A stretch of 64,000 nucleotides of DNA from Octopus vulgaris (Eukaryota). The stretch covers positions 43,090,001 through 43,154,000 of the forward strand of contig OX597823.1 in the NCBI GenBank assembly GCA_951406725.2. Direction: 5' to 3'. The notes under the pieces were generated by a model. That model was not told the origin of the DNA. It ran no database searches and saw only the letters and a program-made list of their open reading frames with translations. The translations under genes were made by a program, and so were the position numbers. Shown one piece after another: positions 1 through 10,926 of the stretch. Position 1 is the first letter of the stretch. The number at the start of each line of letters is the position of its first letter.

Positions 1-779
1 ATCATTACATAATATATTATCAAATTTCTTCATGGCTCCTTTGTATACTCTGATCCTTTCTTTATGGCTGTAACCTGAGAACTGCATGCGGTGAATGAAA
101 TACTGTATGTGTCTCTTTAATTCTGTAGGCTCGCACATGCGTGACACATTTCTCATTATTCTGACGAGGTCTGCCATCAAAATATTGAATTTGGCATTGC
201 CCGCAATGGCTGAGTTCCGGTGGATCAGGTATTTTGAGGCCATAGGTTTTGCATAGTATGAATGAAGGATTTGGGTTTTATTTTTCACAATTTCTAGCCA
301 GAGTTCAGTGTCTAGTACTGGTAGTCTATGGTTGGGGTGTTTAGTGGGGTAGTCTATTGTGACCTTAATACTCTGGTGGATGGAGTTAGCTATTTGCTGG
401 ATGCTCTCCATAGTATTAGTTTCTATTACTATATCAACAGTACTCTCTTGTGGGGGTGCCTTTACTACTATATTGATATCATCAACATAGCGAGAGTACA
501 TGTTTACGAGTATGGATTTCTGCAGTAGGCATTCTTTAAGCCTTCTGTCCCACCATACCATGAAGAGGTTGGCCACATCACCAGCGATACTAACACCGAT
601 GGCTGCCCCCACGTCCTGGGCATATATTTTATTATTAAATTTAAATGTGTGGCCTTTTAGGGTAACTCTTATACTAGCTCCTAGTGCATGTGCGATCATT
701 TTCTTTACCTGATGGACATTTGCGGGGCTCCGTATGGCTCTGGTCCATCCGCGCCATCTTTCTATATGTGTCTTCCTAG
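1..779 (-). mobile_element. Inverted, 5'-truncated copy of the adjacent Penelope-like element (likely continues off the left edge)
   Basis: Reverse complement of 2758-3536 (position i pairs with 3537-i). No mismatch seen; ORFs 328-528 and 500-712 mirror 3009-3209 and 2825-3037. Confidence 0.95.
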
Positions 780-813
780 GGTTCGTGTTGTTGTTGTTGT
801 TGCCGCTGTTATT

Positions 814-1535
814 ATGGAAGATGTGCTACTACCAGAAGAGTTCAATAAAGACAATGAAGCGAACATCTATGGGGGAGTAACAACGGACCCAGATGAAATA
901 TCGATACTTCAACTACCACCAAAGTATGCAGTGTATAGTAAAGTGAATACCATCAAATGCCTGTCCGAGATTGAAAAGTCGTTCACAAAAATACGTTGGA
1001 ATTTAAATAGATACTATGACAACAACACTTGCGACAACAACAACAACGCGAAAAACACTAACCGCAGCAACAACAACACAAACAATAATGACCGCAACAA
1101 TAACAACCGTAGCAACAAAAGCAACACGAACCCTAACAGCGGCAACAACAACAACAACACGAACCCTAACAGCGACAACAACAATAACAATAGAAAAAAT
1201 GTATGCATAGACACAAACAATAGATACAAAAACAAAAACACAAACAGAGAGAGAAAAATCGTATACAACAGCAACAACAACAACAATTATAGGGAGAACC
1301 GACACACAAACACACACACAGATAGCCATAGTCACAAAGACACGAATAAAAGTTGTGTCATAGGGGTCACGATGGAGAATAAAGTTGAATGCAACAGGAT
1401 CCTTGGACAGGGAGTCAGCGGACTTGAAACAGATAACAATACTCATAGGAACAAAAATAACGACCGCAACAGGGGGATTGACAGGGACCAACAGACAGAC
1501 ATAAAACCCAACACTAATATAAACAATGTACCAGA
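814..1535 (+). CDS. N-terminal part of the PLE polyprotein plus Asn-rich insert (frame of ORF 688-1842; codons before 814 come from the inversion junction)
   Basis: IYGGV...DEISILQLPPKYAVY...EIEKSFTKIRW resembles the conserved PLE N-terminal motif, followed by N-rich low complexity. The end coordinate is the approximate frameshift position. Confidence 0.7.
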
Positions 1536-1781
1536 AACAGGAACAATGAATATATCACTAGCGATGATAGTAATAATGGCAATGGTAGGAATAAAGGTAA
1601 TAACAATAATAGTGGTAGTAGTAGTGGTGATGGTAACAGTAGAAGTAGTAATGAGGATAGTAGTGATAGTTGTGGTGGTAATAGGAATACTAGTAGTAGT
1701 GGTAATGGTGATAATAATAATAGGAAGGCTGATGTTGGAAACAGTAACGATAATGAAGATAACCCTAGAGAGACCATTGAC

Positions 1782-4184
1782 ATGTATACCCATCCCTTTG
1801 ACACTCAATTCTTCAACGTATGCGACAAAACTTACTGCATGAACCGAATTTATCCAACAACATTACCCTTCAACAAAAGAGTATACATCCCAAGACGTAC
1901 TAATGACCACATGGAAGCACAGTTCACTATAGCTAGGACCAAACTTAGACAGATTTTAGGATTATACATTAAGAGACAGAGACAGAATAAGACAGATGCC
2001 CAACAACTAGGGATTAAACCTGCATGTGGCCTACAGAAGCTCATTCAGCGCACGAGGAACGGAGAGGTGATATGCCTTCCCATGGATAAGTCCGGCAGGA
2101 TGTCAATAGACAGCTTACCGAACTACATCCAGGCAATGCAACCTCATATCGCCAATACAAAAGTAACAACTGTACAGGCGCATGAGGAGAGAGAAAAGGT
2201 CCTCAATGCCCACATGATGATGTGGACAATTGTTCTGGGACCTCAGAAACGTACTGCAAAGAATTTCCAAGCCTGGAACAATGATATCCCGGCACTGTAT
2301 GGACTTCGCAAGGACCATAAAGGTTTTACTGACCCTATAGCAGGACCACCAACAAGACCAGTCTGTGGAGCGAATATCGCTAGCAATTACAGAATCTCCT
2401 ACTTCCTCTCAATGATCATACGCCCTATAATCAGGATGTCACCTGATGTGTGTGACAGCACAGAAGATCTCCTAAGCAGGATCAGTGACTGTAACAAAAC
2501 TTGTGACTTGACAGGATGTATAGTAGGTAGCATGGATGTGGTATCCCTATACCCATCGATTGACGTAGATTTTGCAGTGGAGAAGTGCGTGGAGATGATC
2601 AACGAGAGCCAGGTGGAGTTCTGTAATGTCGACACAGAAGAACTGGGCCTCCTACTTAGACTGACATATAATAGTGAATACTTAGATAAACATAATCTTA
2701 GTAGTTTCTGCCCCAGTAGATGTTTAAGAGGTAGACCGCCTACAATTACTTCTATGGCTAGGAAGACACATATAGAAAGATGGCGCGGATGGACCAGAGC
2801 CATACGGAGCCCCGCAAATGTCCATCAGGTAAAGAAAATGATCGCACATGCACTAGGAGCTAGTATAAGAGTTACCCTAAAAGGCCACACATTTAAATTT
2901 AATAATAAAATATATGCCCAGGACGTGGGGGCAGCCATCGGTGTTAGTATCGCTGGTGATGTGGCCAACCTCTTCATGGTATGGTGGGACAGAAGGCTTA
3001 AAGAATGCCTACTGCAGAAATCCATACTCGTAAACATGTACTCTCGCTATGTTGATGATATCAATATAGTAGTAAAGGCACCCCCACAAGAGAGTACTGT
3101 TGATATAGTAATAGAAACTAATACTATGGAGAGCATCCAGCAAATAGCTAACTCCATCCACCAGAGTATTAAGGTCACAATAGACTACCCCACTAAACAC
3201 CCCAACCATAGACTACCAGTACTAGACACTGAACTCTGGCTAGAAATTGTGAAAAATAAAACCCAAATCCTTCATTCATACTATGCAAAACCTATGGCCT
3301 CAAAATACCTGATCCACCGGAACTCAGCCATTGCGGGCAATGCCAAATTCAATATTTTGATGGCAGACCTCGTCAGAATAATGAGAAATGTGTCACGCAT
3401 GTGCGAGCCTACAGAATTAAAGAGACACATACAGTATTTCATTCACCGCATGCAGTTCTCAGGTTACAGCCATAAAGAAAGGATCAGAGTATACAAAGGA
3501 GCCATGAAGAAATTTGATAATATATTATGTAATGATAGGAATGGGATTTGCCCACTCTATAGGAACAAGTCATGGAACACTATAGAAAGGACAAAAAAGA
3601 AAATAGGGAAGGCCAACTCTTGGTATGATAGCCATAAATACCAGAGTGTCATGTTCGTTGACACCACCCCTGGAGGTGAACTAGCGTACCGCTTTAGAAG
3701 GACCCTAGATAAACTTAAACTAAGAATTAAGGTTGTTGAAAAGCCAGGCAACCCTATCAGATCTATAATTGGTAGAAGCTATCCTTTTAGTAGAACTCTC
3801 TGTACGGATAACTATTGCACTGTATGTAGATTTAGCCCACAAACGAACTGTAAAGCCAGAAATGTGGTCTATAGTATAAGATGTATAGAGGGACGATGCA
3901 GTAACAAGACAGTAACATACGTAGGGGAAACTGCAAGAAGCATTGGTGAGCGGGTGAATGAACATTGGAGACAACTCAAGGAAGGTAAAAGCTCATCGAT
4001 TCTGTACCAACACGCCGAACAAGAACACGGGGGATCAATCAATAACATAGAGATTAAGATATTGTCCACACATAGAACAGATGCAACAATTAGACAAATT
4101 ACAGAAGCTACACATATAATAGAAAATAAACCTAGCCTGAATAGAAAACTAGAATGGAGCAATAGCGCACACCACAACATATGA
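1782..4184 (+). CDS. PLE reverse transcriptase plus GIY-YIG endonuclease (this frame is open from 1518)
   Basis: DKSG, LYGLRKDHK, RPVCGA, SMDVVSLYPSI, QDVGAAIG, RYVDD, LPVLD, CxxxxCxxC linker, NVVYSIRC...C...YVGETARSIGERVNEH...H...RQITEA...LN. Confidence 0.95.
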   Translation: MYTHPFDTQFFNVCDKTYCMNRIYPTTLPFNKRVYIPRRTNDHMEAQFTIARTKLRQILGLYIKRQRQNKTDAQQLGIKPACGLQKLIQRTRNGEVICLPMDKSGRMSIDSLPNYIQAMQPHIANTKVTTVQAHEEREKVLNAHMMMWTIVLGPQKRTAKNFQAWNNDIPALYGLRKDHKGFTDPIAGPPTRPVCGANIASNYRISYFLSMIIRPIIRMSPDVCDSTEDLLSRISDCNKTCDLTGCIVGSMDVVSLYPSIDVDFAVEKCVEMINESQVEFCNVDTEELGLLLRLTYNSEYLDKHNLSSFCPSRCLRGRPPTITSMARKTHIERWRGWTRAIRSPANVHQVKKMIAHALGASIRVTLKGHTFKFNNKIYAQDVGAAIGVSIAGDVANLFMVWWDRRLKECLLQKSILVNMYSRYVDDINIVVKAPPQESTVDIVIETNTMESIQQIANSIHQSIKVTIDYPTKHPNHRLPVLDTELWLEIVKNKTQILHSYYAKPMASKYLIHRNSAIAGNAKFNILMADLVRIMRNVSRMCEPTELKRHIQYFIHRMQFSGYSHKERIRVYKGAMKKFDNILCNDRNGICPLYRNKSWNTIERTKKKIGKANSWYDSHKYQSVMFVDTTPGGELAYRFRRTLDKLKLRIKVVEKPGNPIRSIIGRSYPFSRTLCTDNYCTVCRFSPQTNCKARNVVYSIRCIEGRCSNKTVTYVGETARSIGERVNEHWRQLKEGKSSSILYQHAEQEHGGSINNIEIKILSTHRTDATIRQITEATHIIENKPSLNRKLEWSNSAHHNI

Positions 4185-4660
4185 CAATAGTGGATCCTGC
4201 AAACATAATAAATACACAGGTAATTAAAGAAATAGAAATGAATATCTATATGTGTATATATGTGTGTATATATGTATATATATGTATATGTATATGTATA
4301 TGTATGTATATATATATATGTATATGTATATTCTTTTTTTTTTTTTTCGATTAGATTTATTATTATTATTACTAATATTGTTGTTATACATACATACAAG
4401 CATATGTAATGATAATAATGGGTGGATGTAAACACATGAACAAAATTAGAACAAAAGCAACAACAACAAAAACAAAATACAAATTACAAGAATGTATATA
4501 ACCAGAAGATACAAATATTACAGGCATCCCCCCCCACACACACTAAATAAACATAGACGCACATAGAGATATAAGCATGCGCAAATGAAGACATACAATA
4601 GAAATACAAAATGGCTGACGGTTAGTAAGGAGAGACACAAGTAAGTGAGAAGAAAACAAA

Positions 4661-4705
4661 GGACCACTGATGCGGTCACAGGAGTGTGACGAAAGAACTT
4701 TGGCC
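4661..4705 (+). ncRNA. Candidate variant minimal type I hammerhead ribozyme in the PLE 3' UTR
   Basis: GGACCA-CUGAUGCG-GUCACA-GGAG-UGUGAC-GAAA-GAAC-UU-UGGCC: stems I, II and III can be drawn, but the core deviates from CUGANGA. Confidence 0.6.
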
Positions 4706-4819
4706 GAAATAAGATTAAGATTAATGTAAAAAATAAATATCACTGAAGCAAAATAACACCAAATATATAGTGCGTGTGTTTTTATTGGCTAAACTGGCAA
4801 TATGACCATTCCGAAATAT

Positions 4820-4865
<46 letters not shown>

Positions 4866-5039
4866 GTATGTGCGTGGGTGTGTCTGTTTATATATTTTGC
4901 TTCACAAGGTTCTTGGGGCGAAATCGGAAGTTAAAACAAGTGTTGTTATATCTGGAGATGGTCATTTTACCATTAAAAAGACACAAACACACACACAGGC
5001 ACACACAGGTACAGACGCACGTACAGTCGCGTTTACATA

Positions 5040-5230
5040 ACACAGAAACACAAGATGGGCTAAATATAATGAGAGTGAAAGGAGACGCAGAGATGAATAT
5101 TCATTGTGGTGGCCATGGAAAGTGTGACGAAAGATATTTAATAGAATGACAAATAACAAATGATATCAGAATTGAAGTGAATGTCAAATAGTGCGTGTTA
5201 ATTGACAGAGTGACCACCCCGAAATATAAT
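5040..5230 (+). mobile_element. Degenerate 3' end of a related PLE
   Basis: Shares AGTGTGACGAAAGA, ATAGTGCGTGT and TGACCAYYCCGAAATATAA, in the same order, with 4680-4822. Confidence 0.55.
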
Positions 5231-5627
5231 ACACACACACACACATTTATATATAACATACACTCACAGGGACATACACACGCGCGCGCAAACACAGATA
5301 AATTTTGTTAAAATCTCATCGCTGGTATTTACATATAACAGGCGTAGGAAAATTCAAGAATAGTATTGACAGCAAAAATAGCCAGAAACCGGCCTGGTCT
5401 GGGGGTGGGGGGGTATGTCAAGTCGCTAGAAGATGGTAGGCTTTTGCTTGCAATACCTGGATACATACATACATACATACATACATTCATTCATACATAC
5501 ATACATACATACATTCATACATACATACATATATACATACATACATACATACATACATACATACATACGTACATACATACATACACACATACAAATATGT
5601 GTATGTATATATGTATATATGTATATA

Positions 5628-6166
5628 TTCGAGTGCTACTGGTAACATGTAACCCAGTATAACCTGTTGCATGGTCGGCTCGTCGGCGACTAAACCAGCA
5701 ACCCCACCAAGTTTGCTTGGTGAGGAGGGTGTTTATTGGACACCCTGCGGGATGAAAAACAAAACCCGTCAAAGGGCGGAGGAACTCTTGAGAGTCAACG
5801 GCCATCCAATAAATGTCTTAAGGCTGTATCATGCGCGGGGACATAGAAATAATCGGACTGAATACCCGATCGCGCGGTTAAACCATTGGGAGTGAGGGAC
5901 TCCTAGCCTTTGTTAGGACATCTTTCTAGAAGGCAACTCAGGTAACTGGGATAACTCCGACATAAAACCTGCGGCTCAGTGGTTACCGAAGATGTTGACT
6001 TGATCTTCTTTTCGGATTATGGCTGCTGTTGCTTAGTGAGTGGGATTGACTCAGTGCACATCCTTTCCTCACTGTAAAAAAATCTTCTTGCACAGGCATT
6101 GCACGATAACAACATTGATTAAGCTTCGTGCAATGGCTATACTCGATAACGAGGGGGCAGCCACCA
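5628..6166 (+). mobile_element. ~540-bp non-coding interspersed repeat, probably derived from RTE LINE UTRs
   Basis: Near-identical copy at 61719-62268 and a diverged 5' portion at ~23470-23807 (-). Flanked by microsatellites. Confidence 0.8.
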
Positions 6167-6231
6167 TGTATAGATATATATATATATATGTATGTATATA
6201 CATATATGTGTGTGTGTATGTTTGTGTGTGA

Positions 6232-6293
<62 letters not shown>

Positions 6294-7297
6294 TGTGTGT
6301 GTACATCCACACAGGAGCATAATTGACTACGACTATACGGTATCGAAGATTTCTGGAATACTCAAAGACATAGTGTTTAAAGTAAATTTGTAAAACTAAG
6401 TTGACCCAAGTAGTGTAAATATCACATACATGCTATCAGAACATCAGAACGCCTAACGCAACGATATTTCCCCATCAAGTCAGACATTCATTGCCGCATC
6501 GATATCATTACAGAGATTTGTGTGTCTAAATAAAAGAGGACAATTATAAGGTTTTCAGGTCGTTGCTTGTGCTGTGGAGTTTCACAGTCGGTGACTAACA
6601 GATAATTCACTGCCTGATTAAAGATGGCGAGGTGTATGCTGAAGAAAAAAAGACAGCATGCTACTTTAGTGTATCTAAGTTGAAGTAGTTAGTGGTTCGT
6701 TGACGCTGCAAATAAAACCGAAACTATCTTGTTGAACTGAGGCTTTTATGCCAAGTCAATAACAACACAGCATTTATAGTTCTTATTCACTGGGTTTGGT
6801 TTCCCATAAAAAATCTTCCTGTCGAGAGAAGAAGTTATTCGAAGAAGAATTACTTAGAAGGTAATACTGTATAGAATTTTATGTGCCATTGTTCTGTAGG
6901 AAATTTGGTATTGCTACTTTGCGTCTACCATATTTTAATCATCATGTCTTAGAGAAAAACGATCGTCTACATTTAGCTTCAGTATTTTATGCGACTTTAT
7001 ACATTATTTATTTTATAGTAGAGATAGCGAATGACAAAAGACGTGCTCCGTAAGTTAAAGACGTAAATAAAAACTCAAGATCATTCGACATTTCTGTGGA
7101 ATAGTGCCAACATGGAGAAAAGTAAGAATGAAAACAAAAAAGGCAGTGAATAGTAAAGCGGAAAGAATGAGATAGCAAAAATACTGAACAGATAAAATAG
7201 TGAAAAATGTATGATTTTGTCATACAAAACCTGGCTAATATTTTTATGAAGCTCAACATCAGGAAACAGGGAAAAAAATAATTACATAAAATATAAA

Positions 7298-7300
<3 letters not shown>

Positions 7301-7362
<62 letters not shown>

Positions 7363-7437
7363 GTGTGTGTGCGTATGTATGTATATATGTATATAATATT
7401 TATATTCATATGCATATATATGTGGATACATGCATAC

Positions 7438-7484
<47 letters not shown>

Positions 7485-7516
7485 CATACATAAACATACA
7501 ACACACATACAGACAC

Positions 7517-7596
<80 letters not shown>
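7301..7596. repeat. Compound (TA)n/(TACA)n microsatellite
   Basis: Direct reading; representative of dozens of such tracts in the window. Confidence 0.95.
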
Positions 7597-7893
7597 TTCT
7601 CTGACGTTAGAGACTGGCAGGAATTCGGGCCCATTATTATGTCGCTTGTCAATATAAAAAATATTACAAGTCATAAAAATTTGAAGAGAGACAGACGACA
7701 GTTAAGTCCCCTCGGGCAAATTACTTCCTGGCTTCTTTTTTAAACTTTCGAACATTCTAGTGCAAGATTTACAAGATAGATTTTTTAAGGCTGGTTTTTA
7801 GTACATACTTATACATGAAGACACTTCAATGTGAATGTATTGCAGGAAACCCAGAATTTAGCATTATTTACGGTCTTTTAGGCAACGTTGTGC

Positions 7894-7933
<40 letters not shown>

Positions 7934-8171
7934 CTTGGTGGAGCGATGAAAATCGAAGCAGAAAAAACTACAAGTAGTACTGTTTATATAACGGCCATTG
8001 TTCGACCTTTTGTTCGCAAAGTGTTTTTAATTTCATATTTGTATACTATCATTTATAGCTTTATCTACAACGAGTTTCGCCGTTCAAAACTAGAAATATT
8101 TCTCTTTCTCTCGAACTTCTTAAATTTTGATAATATTAATTATATAGATGCATACAAACACACGTGCGTGT

Positions 8172-8202
<31 letters not shown>

Positions 8203-8896
8203 CGTGTGTGTGTGTGTGTGTGTAAAGAGTGAGAGAGAAGAACATATAGATATATCTCCACTTTGTGAAACAGAAGGATCATCAGAGTATAACAGACATC
8301 TGTGTACCATACTTAATGCAAACACATCGTGATAAGTCCAATTCATTGCGATATTTATCCGATTCATCAAATGATAATTTGGATGTACAATATTTCAAAT
8401 TATATATCAGTAATAATGCAATATCATGAAGTAGAGGCAGTGACAATCCTACCTGTATATTGTTGCTTCTGCGTGCTTTGTCAGTAACAAATGCCTTCTG
8501 TCAATCTCACACAAAGAAAATATCATCGTCACTGATATAGGAAAAGGTTTACTGAAATATCAGTGGTGTTGCAGTTGGTTCGCTAGGTCAATAAAACTGC
8601 GATATGTGCATAAGAGACAGTATTAGATTAAAATGGACCTATGTATTCATATTTAATACAAAGATCGTGAAAAAGCAAATTCCCTAAAGATGATTTTCGT
8701 CTGCCAGTGATTTATTAGTGTTTTTAAACATTTGTAAGTCCATAAGAGATATTATCTCCTGACGATTACAGTAGTTAAATTGCTTTTTCTTCATCTATTT
8801 GCATTAAATATGATACTTGGAGTTTTATACATGCATACATACATACATACATACATGCATACATACACATGCACACACACGTACACACACACGCGC

Positions 8897-8928
<32 letters not shown>

Positions 8929-8966
8929 ATACACACACACCCACACACACACACACACACACACAC

Positions 8967-9129
8967 AACGGGTTTCTCCCAGTTTCTGTCTACCAAATCT
9001 ACTCACAATGCTTTGGTCGGCCCGAAGCTATAGTAGAAAGCATTTATCCATGGTGCCAATCTGTGGGACTGAACTTGGATACATGTGGTTGGGAAGCAAG
9101 CTTCTTACCACACAGTCACGCATGCGCTT
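8967..9129 (-). mobile_element. tRNA-derived SINE, 5' half (same family as 43110-43537)
   Basis: Reverse complement shows A box (GTGTGGTAAG), a degenerate B box and the shared body GGATTTGGTAGACAGAAACT. Confidence 0.85.
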
Positions 9130-9307
9130 ATATATGTGTGTGTGTGTATGTGCATAAATATTTTGGACTAATGGGTATATGTCAATTAGTGTGTTGAAGT
9201 GTTTAGTGAAACACTAGCACAGTTTTGGCTGTCTGGTGTCATCTGCAGTCGGGTTATATTACCGTTCGATCTAATTTAGAATCTTCGGAGTGTTTGTTGA
9301 GACAAAA

Positions 9308-9308
9308 T

Positions 9309-9376
<68 letters not shown>
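9308..9376. repeat. (AAT)n microsatellite
   Basis: Direct reading. Confidence 0.95.
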
Positions 9377-10031
9377 TTTCTTAAATAACCAGAAGAAGGA
9401 TTTGGTATTAATCTTTATTTTCTACAACGGTCGTTTCGACCCATCCTGCTACTGTCCCGTATGGTTGGGACTCCGTTTAACATATTGTTCTGTTTCCATT
9501 ATGCAGTCTGAGTGAGTGTCATCAGGTACATCAATTCATAAAGTTGTGTCTAGTTAACGATCCTGAGATTTAGCTGTCATGTTGTTATATCCCCATCTGG
9601 CTAGGGAACGAAACGTCGCTACAATATTTCAATTACTTTTATTTTTCTATACGAAACAACTGTTGAGGAAAAAATTGTAGGGGTAGTGAATGCTTGAGTT
9701 AGATTGAGTTAGATTGTGATTAAGGCACAGGAATTGTACTAGAAAAAGGAAGGGAAAGATAATATGTAGACTACAGTCTCTAGGGGTGAAAAGTTGTTTA
9801 ACTAGCTACCTCAGGTCGGAATGCGTATACATATATTCGCACACACACACTCGGACATACACTCACACATACATATACATTCACATGTCCATGTGTATAT
9901 ATTTACGCATGCATATACTTCCACGTACCCACCTACATACATACATTTTTATACACACACGCGCAACCTCTCCACACAGGTGTACACATATACCCATACG
10001 GATACATGTGTATATATATATATATATATAT

Positions 10032-10346
10032 ATCACCGTGATCACCGTGACCGACCAGGCTATCAGATGTTGCTACACATCGCTGGTCACAATGCGCTGC
10101 ACATTGTTTTAACCTTCAAATGACGCCACCCCGCTGGCTAAGCGAGCAGGCCAACAGAAGAAAGAGTGAGAGAAAGTTGTGGCGAAAGAGTACAGCAGGG
10201 ACCACCACCTGCCCCCTGCCGGAGCCTCGCGGAGCTTTAGGTGTTTTCGCTCAATAAACACTCACAACGCCCGGTCTGGGAATCGAAACCGCGATCCTAC
10301 AACCGCGAGACCGCTGCCCTAACCACTGGGCCATTGCACCTCCACA
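10032..10346 (-). mobile_element. tRNA(Arg)-like SINE, full length
   Basis: Reverse complement GGAGGTGCAATGGCCCAGTGGTTAGG...CTCGCGG...GGTTTCGATTCCC gives A and B boxes. Ends in a repeated CACGGTGAT. Confidence 0.85.
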
Positions 10347-10397
10347 TATATATATATATATATATATATGAGTGTGTGTGTGTATATATATGTATAT

Positions 10398-10679
10398 GAG
10401 TTCGAATCCCGGACCGGGATGCGGATTGTGTTCTTGAGCAAGACACTTTATTTCACGTTGTTCCAGTTCACTCTGCTGTAGAAATGAATTGCGACGTCAC
10501 AGGTGCCAAGCTGTATCGGCCTTTGCTTTTCCCTTGGATAACACTGGTGGCGTGGAGAGGGGAGGCTGGTATGTATGGGCCACTGCTGGTCTTCCATAAA
10601 CAACCTTGTCCGGACTTGTACCTTGGAGGGTAACTTACTAGGTGCAATCCCATGGTCAGTTATGACCGAATGGGTCTCA
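10398..10679 (+). mobile_element. 5'-truncated tRNA-derived SINE of a second body type
   Basis: B box GAGTTCGAATCCC, then TGTGTTCTTGAGCAAGACACTTT core; terminal hairpin GGTCA-GTTA-TGACC. Confidence 0.8.
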
Positions 10680-10926
10680 GCATATATGTATATGTATGTA
10701 TATATGGGAAAAAAGTCAAGGTAGAAAATACTAAAATAATTTTATGAAAAACATTTCAGCACCGGTTTCAGTCATTGAAACTTTTTCAACTGTAAGTATG
10801 GAAAACAATTAAATTTTGGAAAAGTTAAAAGAAAAGTTTTTTAAAGGAGTATTTGCATAGTATTCAAATACAAGTGTCATTTTCCTTGTTTCTGCCTGTC
10901 TCTTTCTCTCGTTTACTCTTGTGGGT

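Larger units (their letters stand above)
812..4823 (+). mobile_element. Penelope-like retroelement (EN+, C-terminal GIY-YIG), 5'-truncated, ending at a (TA)n tract
   Basis: PLE N-terminal motif, RT, GIY-YIG, 3' UTR with HHR-like motif, then (TA)n from ~4824. Confidence 0.9.

Noticed and set aside
777-783. Telomere-like TAGGGTT at the inversion junction and AACCCTAA in the insert
   Set aside because: Single units encoding Asn-Pro-Asn; there is no telomeric array.
688-813. N-terminus of the 384-aa ORF, and its hydrophobic C-terminus (1546-1842) as a membrane protein
   Set aside because: The first 42 codons come from the inverted junction, and the V/I/M-rich tail is the off-frame reading of the Asn/Ser insert.
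7008-7743. YIYI/HTHT/CVCV/MYVC ORFs here and throughout the window
   Set aside because: Translations of microsatellites with no domain content.
10270-10346. tRNA-Arg gene
   Set aside because: No proper acceptor stem; it continues into a SINE body repeated elsewhere.
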